Shown here: positions 17,114-25,490 of the stretch, piece by piece | How the letters are laid out: every line of letters begins with the position of its first letter | Position numbering within the stretch: the stretch's first letter is position 1 | Source of the DNA: a virus | Length of the DNA: 64,000 nucleotides | Virus record (IMG/VR): IMGVR_UViG_3300027969_000045 | Direction: 5' to 3' (one strand) | The notes under the pieces: generated by a model | Seen by the model: the letters and a program-made list of their open reading frames with translations, nothing else | What the model was told of the DNA's origin: nothing | Database searches by the model: none | Position numbers and translations under genes: made by a program

Positions 17114-17829
17114 AAATTGCTATTTCATTTTTTGGGACAGGAAGTTATTTGAATTTTCTTCCTAATTGGTATACGTCCATTCATGATAATTTTCTTCCAG
17201 GTGTAGAAAAAAAGTTTATTGTATTTACAGATGGAGAGGGTGATTTTCCAGAAGATGTTACTAAAATAGAAATAGAACATTTTGGGTGGCCTGATGTTTT
17301 TTACAAAACATTTGAAACAATCTTGAAAGCAAAAGAAATTATTTCTGAATGCGATTGGTTTATTTCTATTGATGCGGATATGATTGTTAATGGCAAAGTA
17401 TCTATTGAAGAATTTATTGATGAAACCAAAGATTATATTGGAGTTCATCATCCTTGTGCTTATTTAAAACTTCCACCACACGACAAATATCCAGGATCTT
17501 TTGATGTAAATCCACTATCAAATGCTTACATCACCGAAGATATGGATACTTCTGTTTATTATCAAGGATGTTTATGGGGTGGAAAGGTTCCTGAAATTAT
17601 TGAAATGATGGAACTTTTAGATGAATGGACAAAGAAAGATATTGAAAAGAATTCTACTCCCGTTTGGTATGAAGAATCTTATTTTAATAAGTTTTTTATT
17701 ACAAACAAAGAAAGAGTACATACACTTCCTCCGTCATTTGCTTATCCAGAAGACTTTAAACAATATTGCGATTTTGAAGAAAAAATCACACATATCTCTA
17801 AAAATAATCAACAATATCATAATCAATGA
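17110..17829 (+). CDS. GT6-family glycosyltransferase (ABO/alpha-1,3-Gal(NAc)T-like)
   Basis: GTGSY, FTD, WP, DAD, HP, YYQGCLWGG and W-x-EES-x-x-NKF motifs. Confidence 0.88.
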   Translation: MKIAISFFGTGSYLNFLPNWYTSIHDNFLPGVEKKFIVFTDGEGDFPEDVTKIEIEHFGWPDVFYKTFETILKAKEIISECDWFISIDADMIVNGKVSIEEFIDETKDYIGVHHPCAYLKLPPHDKYPGSFDVNPLSNAYITEDMDTSVYYQGCLWGGKVPEIIEMMELLDEWTKKDIEKNSTPVWYEESYFNKFFITNKERVHTLPPSFAYPEDFKQYCDFEEKITHISKNNQQYHNQ

Positions 17830-18608
17830 CTATGACTAAAAATTTATCAGTTTATTATCATATCTGGAGTCCTGGCGGAACGGATCTTTGGAAATTGATG
17901 GTAGACGAACAACTTAAAAGAATTTATCGCAATGGACTTACGGAAAGTGCTTCTATCTATTGCGCTATTAATGGACCACAAGCAAACCGAATTGCAGAAT
18001 ATATCTCCATCTATGATTGGTTAAATGTTCTTGATGTTTCAATTGATGAAAGTGAGTATGAAGGATTCACTTTAAAGAGAGCATACGAAGAGGCACATTT
18101 CAATCCAGATTTGAAAGCAGTTGCTTATCTTCATACAAAAGGCATTAGTCATATGTGTGGAGTTCGGGATCATTACTCTGATCGTAAGTTTAGAGCAGTG
18201 AATAGTTGGAGACATCAAATGGAATGGGGCATTCTTGATCGGTGGAAAGAAGCGGTAGAAAAACTTGACGAATATCAAGTTTCTGGTGTAAATTATTGTT
18301 TGGATCCTTGGCCTCATATGAGTGGAAACTTTTGGTGGGCACGGGCGGATTATCTTAAAACTTTAATTCATCCCACTAGAGATAGATTTCCAAATGACAA
18401 TAGAGATTTTGGACCAATTCAAAGAATGAATTTTGAAAAATGGATTGGACTGAATAATCCAAAATCTTTCAGTTTTTACGATGCTCCATTTAGTTATGAT
18501 TTTAAAGGAATGACACCAGATGTACAACCAACACCCCCAGGAGAACCGCATTGGTTCTGGTTGTACCGAGACGACATTGAACCCTATTATAGAAAGGAAG
18601 GTAACTGA
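17826..18608 (+). CDS. Putative glycosyltransferase-like protein (YLHTKG family)
   Basis: YEGFTL, YLHTKG, SGNFWWARADY and EKWIG; context in the glycan island. Confidence 0.55.
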   Translation: MTMTKNLSVYYHIWSPGGTDLWKLMVDEQLKRIYRNGLTESASIYCAINGPQANRIAEYISIYDWLNVLDVSIDESEYEGFTLKRAYEEAHFNPDLKAVAYLHTKGISHMCGVRDHYSDRKFRAVNSWRHQMEWGILDRWKEAVEKLDEYQVSGVNYCLDPWPHMSGNFWWARADYLKTLIHPTRDRFPNDNRDFGPIQRMNFEKWIGLNNPKSFSFYDAPFSYDFKGMTPDVQPTPPGEPHWFWLYRDDIEPYYRKEGN

Positions 18609-18609
18609 T

Positions 18610-19332
18610 ATGACTTTTGGATGCTTTCATACAGTGTATGAAAATAAAAGAGCAACAGAGTTTATTTTGCAAGAGTTTAGAAAATATTATCCAGATGCTC
18701 CTTATACTTTGATTTGTGATGGTGGAGTAGATTACTCTGATCTTGCTGTAAAGTACAATTGTAAATATATTCATTCGTATATGCATATTGGCAGAAGAAA
18801 TTCTGGGGATCCTTCTGGAATTTATGGATTCACAAAGGATGAAAGTCTTCATTGGATTCATATGTTTAGGGAGGCAGCAAGACACGTTAAAGAAAATGGT
18901 GGAACACATATGATTATGATGGAAGATGATGTTCTCACTCAAGGTGAAGTGAAAATTAATCCAATTTGGGAATGTGCTGGATTTGATGTTCCGGGAAATA
19001 AAATTTCTCCTGGTCTTTTGAAGTTTATTGAAGAAAAGTATAATGCAAAACCAAATGTTGATTGGTATGGTGCTGGTGGCGGAACCATTTATAATATTGA
19101 AACATTTTTAGATAACTATCATAAAATCTATGATTTTATTGATTTTGATTTTGAAAATATTCTAGAAAATATGGATTATAGATTTGGTTGGTTGGATCTT
19201 TATATGCAAATTGCTTATTTTGTAATTGGTAAACATTATTCAATTAATACAAATTTAACTGAAGTTTGGAAAACACCAAACTTTAGGGATAGTGAATTTA
19301 CTCTTGTTCATGCTTATAAGGAATTATACTGA
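18610..19332 (+). CDS. Putative GT-A fold glycosyltransferase
   Basis: CDGG, MEDDV and GGG motifs; start at ATG 18610. Confidence 0.6.
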   Translation: MTFGCFHTVYENKRATEFILQEFRKYYPDAPYTLICDGGVDYSDLAVKYNCKYIHSYMHIGRRNSGDPSGIYGFTKDESLHWIHMFREAARHVKENGGTHMIMMEDDVLTQGEVKINPIWECAGFDVPGNKISPGLLKFIEEKYNAKPNVDWYGAGGGTIYNIETFLDNYHKIYDFIDFDFENILENMDYRFGWLDLYMQIAYFVIGKHYSINTNLTEVWKTPNFRDSEFTLVHAYKELY

Positions 19333-20309
19333 TGAAAATTGCATTTATTGGACCTGGAATTATGCCCATTCCTCCTGATGGGTGGGGGGCAGTTGAATCT
19401 TTAATCTGGGAAATTGCTTGTGAACTTGGGGAAATGGGTCATAGTGGAACAATTATTAATGATCCAAATTTGAATGAAATTATTAAAACAGTCCAACAAG
19501 ATGAGTACGATTTCATTCATTTATTTTATGATGTTTTTCACCCAATTATGGATGAGATTAAAAGGTTGTGTCCCAAATCTATAACTGCGATTAGTAGTGC
19601 TTATCCTTATGTGGATCAATTTCAATTTCATCAAAGAGATGGATATGATAAAACATATAAGTGGTTGATTGAACAAAAAAATCATTATAATTTTTGTTTG
19701 TCTGATAAAGATTTTGAAACATTTAAAAAGGGTGGAGCAGACGAATCAAAACTTTTGAGACTTGGACTTGGTGCTCAACATAAGAATTTTAAATTTAATA
19801 TTGAATGCGAAAAACCAAATAAAACCCTATATATGGCAAAAATTGAAGTTAGAAAACGTCAATGGGTCTATCAGTCAATTGATAGCATTGAGTTTGTTGG
19901 TAGATATTCTCCCACAACTACATTTGATAAACTTCATAAAAGTTATATTGGAGAGTGGACAACAGAACAAAAACACGAAAATGTAACCAAGTATGCAAAT
20001 TTACTTCTTCTTTCTGATGGTGAAAATGGGACTCCGCTCGTAATTAAAGAGGCACTTGTTTCTGGTATTGGTGTGGTTTGTTCTAAGTATGCTGCTTATG
20101 ATTTGGATCATAGTCTTCCATTTATTACAGTTGTTCCTGATGATAAATTAAATGACTTGAATTATGTGAGTAATGCAATTAAAGAAAATCGTGAAGTATC
20201 TGTGAACATGCGACAGCAAATTCATGAATATGGTGTAAATAATTTTTCTTGGGAGAATATTGTAAAACCTTATATTCAAACTATTGAAAAATTGGAGAGT
20301 GTTCAGTGA
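19332..20309 (+). CDS. GT4-like glycosyltransferase
   Basis: PIPPDGWGAVE, E-x-x-x-PLVIKEAL and FSW motifs. Confidence 0.8.
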   Translation: MKIAFIGPGIMPIPPDGWGAVESLIWEIACELGEMGHSGTIINDPNLNEIIKTVQQDEYDFIHLFYDVFHPIMDEIKRLCPKSITAISSAYPYVDQFQFHQRDGYDKTYKWLIEQKNHYNFCLSDKDFETFKKGGADESKLLRLGLGAQHKNFKFNIECEKPNKTLYMAKIEVRKRQWVYQSIDSIEFVGRYSPTTTFDKLHKSYIGEWTTEQKHENVTKYANLLLLSDGENGTPLVIKEALVSGIGVVCSKYAAYDLDHSLPFITVVPDDKLNDLNYVSNAIKENREVSVNMRQQIHEYGVNNFSWENIVKPYIQTIEKLESVQ

Positions 20310-21259
20310 AAATCTGCATCATTGGTCCTGGATTTTCTCAAATTCCACCAGTTGGTTGGGGTGCTGTTGAAATTGTAATTTGGGATACAGCAAATACGTT
20401 GAAAGAATTAGGACATCAAGTAGATATTATTAATACTACTGATCCCCAACAAATTCTTTCAACAATTAATCAAATTAATCCGGATTTTGTTCACGTTCAT
20501 TATGATGATTATGTCTTCTTGTATCCATATATTCAATTTCCAAAAGCAATTACAACGCATTATGGATATCTAGAAAGACCAGAAATGTATGGTGCTTACT
20601 CATATAAAGCAAATGGATTTGCAAATATCAAACCAAATGTTTTTGCTTTGTCTGATGGTATTAAAAGTATCTATCAAAATCAAATGAGAATTCCGGAACA
20701 AAACTTATATACTGTTCCAAATGGTGTGATTAATGAGAATTTTAAATTTACTAATACACCAGAATTTCCAAATAGATCAATCTACCTAGCAAAAGTAGAT
20801 TACAGAAAGAGGCAGTGTTTATTTCAATCAATATCTTCAATTTATTATGCTGGAAATATTGTAGATGAAAGATTTGATAGAAATAAAAATTATCTTGGGG
20901 AATGGTCAAAAGAAGATTTGTATAATAATTTAACTGATTATGCGAATCTTATTTTACTCTCTGATGGTGAAGCACATCCACTTGTTTGTATGGAAGCACT
21001 CTCTGCTGGATTGGGTCTTGTGATTTCTGAATGGGCAACTGCTAATTTGGATTTAAATAAAGATTTCATTACTGTTATTCCTGAAAGTAAAATTATAGAC
21101 TTGGAATATGTGTCTTTAAAAATTGAAGAAAATAGAACAATATCTTTACAAAAAAGAAATGAAATAGTAGAGTATTCAAAAGAATTTGCTTGGAAAAAAC
21201 AAATTGAAAACTATTATATTCCTGCTGTAAAACAAGTTATGCAAAAATCTAATGGATAA
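20306..21259 (+). CDS. GT4-like glycosyltransferase (paralog of the previous gene)
   Basis: IPPVGWGAVE and LSDGEAHPLVCMEALSAG motifs. Confidence 0.8.
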   Translation: MKICIIGPGFSQIPPVGWGAVEIVIWDTANTLKELGHQVDIINTTDPQQILSTINQINPDFVHVHYDDYVFLYPYIQFPKAITTHYGYLERPEMYGAYSYKANGFANIKPNVFALSDGIKSIYQNQMRIPEQNLYTVPNGVINENFKFTNTPEFPNRSIYLAKVDYRKRQCLFQSISSIYYAGNIVDERFDRNKNYLGEWSKEDLYNNLTDYANLILLSDGEAHPLVCMEALSAGLGLVISEWATANLDLNKDFITVIPESKIIDLEYVSLKIEENRTISLQKRNEIVEYSKEFAWKKQIENYYIPAVKQVMQKSNG

Positions 21260-22049
21260 AAACAAATCTACCTACAAACTTCAAGGAATTGGTCCAATTT
21301 ATTACATTAATCTTGATGGACAACCAGAAAGAAAACAATATGTAGAAGATCAATTTGAGTATTGGGAAATTGAAAATTACACTCGTATTTCTGCTTATGA
21401 TGGTCGTAATGATGATTTAAGTGATATTATATCTGGTCGTTATCCAGATAATATGACTTCTGGTGAGATTGGGTGTGTCACCTCCCACCTTAAAGCAATC
21501 AAGCATTGGTACGAAACAACAGATAGTCCATATGCAATTATTATGGAAGATGATGTTGATCTGCAACTTGTAAAGAATTGGGATTTTTCTTGGAAAGATT
21601 TTTACTCATTGATTCCCTATGATTGGGATGTAGTTCAACTTGCTATTATTTGTACTGGACCTTTACATATCAAACTTCATAAAAGATTTGTAAATAACTT
21701 TTCTACTGCCGCTTATATGATTAATCGGCATCACGCAGAAAAACTTTTAAAGTTTCATATTCGGGGTGATAAGTATAAACTTGATAATGGATGCAAACCA
21801 AGAGCGGTTGCAGATGATCTAGTTTATAATTCTGGAAATACTTATAGTATTCCTTTACTTCTTTATAAAATTCAATTGGGTTCTTCTATTCACCCAGAGC
21901 ACGTTGATATTTTTCACAAATCAAGTCACGATGGTCTCTTAGAATTTTGGCAACAGAAAGGGGCAGGATTGAATATTCGGGAACTGATGGATTATGATCC
22001 TTATCTTGGTAGAATTACTGAAAATGTTCCAGAACAAAGTAACACTTGA
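21252..22049 (+). CDS. GT25-family glycosyltransferase
   Basis: YYINLD...R, AYDG, GEIGCVTSH and MEDDV motifs. Confidence 0.88.
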   Translation: MDKNKSTYKLQGIGPIYYINLDGQPERKQYVEDQFEYWEIENYTRISAYDGRNDDLSDIISGRYPDNMTSGEIGCVTSHLKAIKHWYETTDSPYAIIMEDDVDLQLVKNWDFSWKDFYSLIPYDWDVVQLAIICTGPLHIKLHKRFVNNFSTAAYMINRHHAEKLLKFHIRGDKYKLDNGCKPRAVADDLVYNSGNTYSIPLLLYKIQLGSSIHPEHVDIFHKSSHDGLLEFWQQKGAGLNIRELMDYDPYLGRITENVPEQSNT

Positions 22050-22074
22050 CAAGTCTTAACATTTCCTATATAAT
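22046..22074 (+). promoter_or_regulatory. Sigma70-type promoter for the hli genes
   Basis: TTGACA-17 nt-TATAAT. Confidence 0.85.
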
Positions 22075-22101
22075 TGTGTAGTAAAACTTCATAAAACAAA
22101 A

Positions 22102-22311
22102 ATGACTGTAACAACCAATGAGCGCGGGCAAAATAATATGTGGGCACTTGAGCCAAAAGTTTATATTTCTGATGAAGATGCAATCAAATATGGAATTAAA
22201 ACTTATGCCGAACGTGCAGAGCTTGCTAATGGAAAATTTGCGATGCTTGGATTTGTTGCCGCAATTATATCTTATGCGACAACAGGACACCTCTTTTTTG
22301 GTGTAATCTAA
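22102..22311 (+). CDS. hli: High-light-inducible protein
   Basis: AELANGKFAMLGF chlorophyll-binding motif (K where R is usual). Confidence 0.92.
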   Translation: MTVTTNERGQNNMWALEPKVYISDEDAIKYGIKTYAERAELANGKFAMLGFVAAIISYATTGHLFFGVI

Positions 22312-22397
22312 TGGGAGAAGCAATCTTTACCATCGCAAGCATTGCCTTCTTTGTGCTTCTTTCACATTCTATCAATCAACTTTCAGAAACTTACTAA
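22311..22397 (+). CDS. Small hydrophobic peptide, 28 aa (MGEAIFTIASIAFFVLLSHSINQLSETY)
   Basis: TAATG overlap with the hli stop codon; fills the gap between the two hli genes. Confidence 0.5.
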   Translation: MGEAIFTIASIAFFVLLSHSINQLSETY

Positions 22398-22410
22398 CGG
22401 AGAAACAAAA

Positions 22411-22530
22411 ATGAAATTCGGATTTACCCCTGAGGCAGAACTTCTTAATTCTCGCCTCGCAATGCTTGGATTTGTAATCGCAGTTGGCACTTATCTCGCC
22501 ACTGGGCAAATTCTGCCTGGAGTATGGTGA
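22411..22530 (+). CDS. hli: High-light-inducible protein (short, 39 aa)
   Basis: MKFGFTPEAELLNSRLAMLGF...TGQILPG; GGAG ribosome-binding site upstream. Confidence 0.92.
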   Translation: MKFGFTPEAELLNSRLAMLGFVIAVGTYLATGQILPGVW

Positions 22531-22569
22531 GACCCTAACACAAGTAAGCAATTATACTTATTCTTTGCT

Positions 22570-22602
22570 ATCCTCACTCTAAATAAGGGTGAGGATTTTT
22601 TT
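22570..22602 (+). terminator. Rho-independent terminator
   Basis: ATCCTCACTCT...AGGGTGAGGAT plus T-run. Confidence 0.8.
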
Positions 22603-22690
22603 GTTTGGACGATGTATAATATATTGGAGATTTATTTTTTAGTCATTTTTGTCGTTCTGGTGCTGAAGGCAGCGACTTTCAAATGACCCC

Positions 22691-22724
22691 TTGACAGGAC
22701 CCAGGGACCGTGCTATGATAAATA
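22691..22724 (+). promoter_or_regulatory. psbA promoter: sigma70 type with an overlapping late-like ATAAATA
   Basis: TTGACA-17 nt-TATGAT followed directly by AAATA. Confidence 0.8.
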
Positions 22725-22759
22725 AGTCAGGAAACGAAGACAAATCTTTACGTTTCTTA

Positions 22760-22872
22760 ACCTTCTGTAACCGAGATCATCAGAAGTAAAGCGTCTCTCA
22801 TATCCGTACTGGAGGGTGGTACGGAAATAACTGTAACATTCAGTTCCCCCTGAATTCTTATTTACCCTTTAA
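22760..22872 (+). ncRNA. Structured psbA 5' leader, likely PhotoRC-II-type cis-regulatory RNA
   Basis: Hairpins CTTCTG/CAGAAG, TCCGTACT-GGAGGGT-GGTACGGA and ATTCAG/CTGAAT; PhotoRC-II RNAs are known upstream of cyanophage psbA. Confidence 0.6.
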
Positions 22873-22878
22873 CGAAAA

Positions 22879-23958
22879 ATGACTGCTACAATTGCTACAC
22901 GTTCTGATAATAATGTCTGGGAACAGTTTTGTTCTTGGATTACTTCTACCGACAACCGTCTTTATGTTGGTTGGTTCGGTGTTCTACTTATTCCAACAGT
23001 TTTAACTGCAACCATCTGCTTTATTCTTGCTTTTATTGCGGCACCTCCAACAGATCTGGACGGAATTAGGGAAGCAGTATCTGGTTCTCTAATGTATGGC
23101 AATAACATTATTAGTGCTTCAGTAATTCCTAGTTCTAATGCCATAGGATTGCATCTATACCCAATTTGGGAAGCACAATCTCTGGAAGAATGGCTATACA
23201 ATGGAGGCGAATATCAACTTATTGTTTTCCATTTTATGATTGCAATTTATGCTTATATGGGTCGTGAATGGGAACTTTCATATAGGTTGTCAATGCGCCC
23301 TTGGATTTGTGTTGCTTATAGTGCTCCTGTTGCTGCTGCTACTGCTATCTTTCTTGCTTATCCAATTTCACAAGGTTCATTTTCTGATGGATTTCCTTTG
23401 GGAATTTCGGGCCAATTTAATTTTATGTTAGTCTTTCAGGCAGAGCATAATATTCTTATGAATCCGTTTCATATGTTAGGTGTTGCTGGTGTTTTTGGTG
23501 GCGCTTTAGTTTCTGCCACTCACGGATCACTCGTAACAAGTTCTCTTGTGAGAGAAACTACTGAGGAGGAAAGTCAAAATAAAGGATATAAATTTGGTCA
23601 AGAACAAGAAACTTATAATTTAGTTGCCGCACACGGGTATCTGGGTCGTCTTCTGTTTCAATATGCATCCTTTAATAATAGTCGTTCATTGCACTTTGTG
23701 ATGGCTGCACTACCTGTTATTGGTATTTGGTTTGCTGCTTGTGGAATTTTTATGTCTGGTTTTAATCTCAACGGACTAAATTTCAACCAAAGTATCTTAG
23801 ATCATCAGGGGCGTGTTGTTCCTACTTGGGCGGACGTATTGAACCGGGCAAATCTTGGTCTAGAAACTATTCATGAACGCAATAGTCATCAGTTTCCATT
23901 AGATTTGGCATTTTCTTCTGGTTCTGAAGTTGCACTTGTTGCACCTTCAGTTGGTTGA
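22879..23958 (+). CDS. psbA: Photosystem II D1 protein, strongly divergent
   Basis: Colinear with D1; D61, Y161, D170, E189, H190, H198, H215, H252, S264, H272, H332, E333, H337, D342 and A344 are all present; no intron. Confidence 0.97.
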   Translation: MTATIATRSDNNVWEQFCSWITSTDNRLYVGWFGVLLIPTVLTATICFILAFIAAPPTDLDGIREAVSGSLMYGNNIISASVIPSSNAIGLHLYPIWEAQSLEEWLYNGGEYQLIVFHFMIAIYAYMGREWELSYRLSMRPWICVAYSAPVAAATAIFLAYPISQGSFSDGFPLGISGQFNFMLVFQAEHNILMNPFHMLGVAGVFGGALVSATHGSLVTSSLVRETTEEESQNKGYKFGQEQETYNLVAAHGYLGRLLFQYASFNNSRSLHFVMAALPVIGIWFAACGIFMSGFNLNGLNFNQSILDHQGRVVPTWADVLNRANLGLETIHERNSHQFPLDLAFSSGSEVALVAPSVG

Positions 23959-23983
23959 CAAATAAATTATTATTTGGTATAAT
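23955..23983 (+). promoter_or_regulatory. Sigma70-type promoter overlapping the psbA stop codon
   Basis: TTGACA-17 nt-TATAAT with extended -10 TG. Confidence 0.75.
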
Positions 23984-23998
23984 AATCCCATAAATACC

Positions 23999-24024
23999 AA
24001 GAGGAAGGAAACTTCCTCTTTTTT
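23999..24024 (+). terminator. Rho-independent terminator after psbA
   Basis: AAGAGGAAG-GAAA-CTTCCTCTT plus T-run. Confidence 0.85.
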
Positions 24025-24039
24025 AATAACTCAACTTTT

Positions 24040-24750
24040 ATGGACACTATATACGAACAATTTATTTCATATTTAAAGGAAAAGGAAAAAAATATATCTG
24101 GATATGTTGAAAAGCATAGGATTATTCCGGGACATTCTGGTGGAAAATATATTGATAATAATATAGTATTAGTCTCTTTTCCAGAACATTGTTTGGCGCA
24201 TTTTTACCGATATTTAGCATATGGAAATTCTATTGACTTATATGCCTATCATAAAATGGTAGGAGATACAGTAGAAGCGAGAATATCTAGGTCAAAATCG
24301 GGTGGAGAAGCAGCAAAAAATATTAAAGTTGGATGTTTTAAAGATTATAAATGTAGGGAAGATACTTTAATAAACCCAGGAAGAAGTGCATATTATAATA
24401 AGGATATACAATCGTCTAATGGCAAAAAAAGAAAGAAACAACTTACAGAAGAAGATTTTTTTTCTTCTGAAAATCAAAAAGTTCGCGGTAAAAAAGGAGC
24501 AGAAGTTAATAGAAAAAATGGTACTGGAGCATTTGACTCAAAAAATTTAGAGAAGGCAAGAAAAAAACAAAAAGAAATGGGAATTGGTGTTCATAATAAG
24601 TTGTTTCAAAAATCTATGGCATTTAGAAGATGGGGTGCGGTACTTGATGGTAAAAGATTATTTTATGATTTGGATATGAGAACTACTCTATCGGAAACTT
24701 TTGTCGATTATCATCTTAATTATGGATTAATTAATAATTACTCTAACTAA
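24040..24750 (+). CDS. Free-standing HNH-type homing endonuclease downstream of psbA
   Basis: EKHRIIPGHSGG..NNIV..EHCLAH HNH module; basic C-terminal DNA-binding-like region; same position as the psbA-targeting endonuclease F-CphI of S-PM2. Confidence 0.8.
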   Translation: MDTIYEQFISYLKEKEKNISGYVEKHRIIPGHSGGKYIDNNIVLVSFPEHCLAHFYRYLAYGNSIDLYAYHKMVGDTVEARISRSKSGGEAAKNIKVGCFKDYKCREDTLINPGRSAYYNKDIQSSNGKKRKKQLTEEDFFSSENQKVRGKKGAEVNRKNGTGAFDSKNLEKARKKQKEMGIGVHNKLFQKSMAFRRWGAVLDGKRLFYDLDMRTTLSETFVDYHLNYGLINNYSN

Positions 24751-24789
24751 AATCCTCCCCTTGATACCACCCCCCAGTAATATTAAAAA

Positions 24790-25413
24790 ATGTCTTATTT
24801 GAATCATAACTTACCTGATTGGAGTTGTTACATTCGTAATGAGTTTCTATATAATCACAAAAAAGGACAAGGTGAAGTTACAAAATGTGATGTTCACTCT
24901 GTCGCAAGTATGGAGAAACGAGTTCCATTATTTGAATGTTTTCTAGAGAATGGTGTAAACTGGACACGCAGACCATTACATTCACTTTGTTGGAAACTTG
25001 ATGCAGAAATAGAACCTCTCAATCAAATTATGTATTGGGACTGTTTCTCTTCTTATGTGGATGTTCAACGAAGAAATCGTCTTGCCGGATTGAAAGCAGA
25101 ACTTATTCGTCCCGATAATACTAAAGTTCAAGGTGAGTATATGTTCACTCTTGACTGGGGATTTGAGAATAAAGGAATGACGGACTTTAATTATTCAGAA
25201 ACTCCAGAACATAAATGCGCTCATTTGTTCAAGGTGGAGACTGGTAATTATTATGCATATCCAAATAATAGAATTATATGGATGGACTCCGCCTGGACAT
25301 TCAATCGCATCCAGTCAAATCCCGGATATGAGATTGATACGAATTTGTATTCTGTAGAGAACACAAGAACCTTTGAGACTTCAGACCATTACATTTACGA
25401 CATTAAAGAATAA
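24790..25413 (+). CDS. Conserved-type cyanophage hypothetical protein
   Basis: 207-aa ORF with phage-like codon usage (YMFTLDW, EHKCAH, YPNNRI). Confidence 0.7.
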   Translation: MSYLNHNLPDWSCYIRNEFLYNHKKGQGEVTKCDVHSVASMEKRVPLFECFLENGVNWTRRPLHSLCWKLDAEIEPLNQIMYWDCFSSYVDVQRRNRLAGLKAELIRPDNTKVQGEYMFTLDWGFENKGMTDFNYSETPEHKCAHLFKVETGNYYAYPNNRIIWMDSAWTFNRIQSNPGYEIDTNLYSVENTRTFETSDHYIYDIKE

Positions 25414-25421
25414 TTTTTGAA

Positions 25422-25458
25422 AGACCCTCTTGTGGGGTCTCATTTTTTGTGCTATAAT
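25422..25458 (+). terminator. Terminator hairpin fused to an extended -10 promoter
   Basis: AGACCCT...GGGGTCT, T-run, then TGCTATAAT. Confidence 0.65.
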
Positions 25459-25490
25459 AAATAAATCATAAGACGAAAAATAGTTCATAA

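Noticed and set aside
22879-23958. Chlorophyll f synthase, rogue D1, intron-containing psbA or pseudogene
   Set aside because: All Mn ligands and M127-G128 are retained; the ORF is full length and uninterrupted, with an intact promoter and leader
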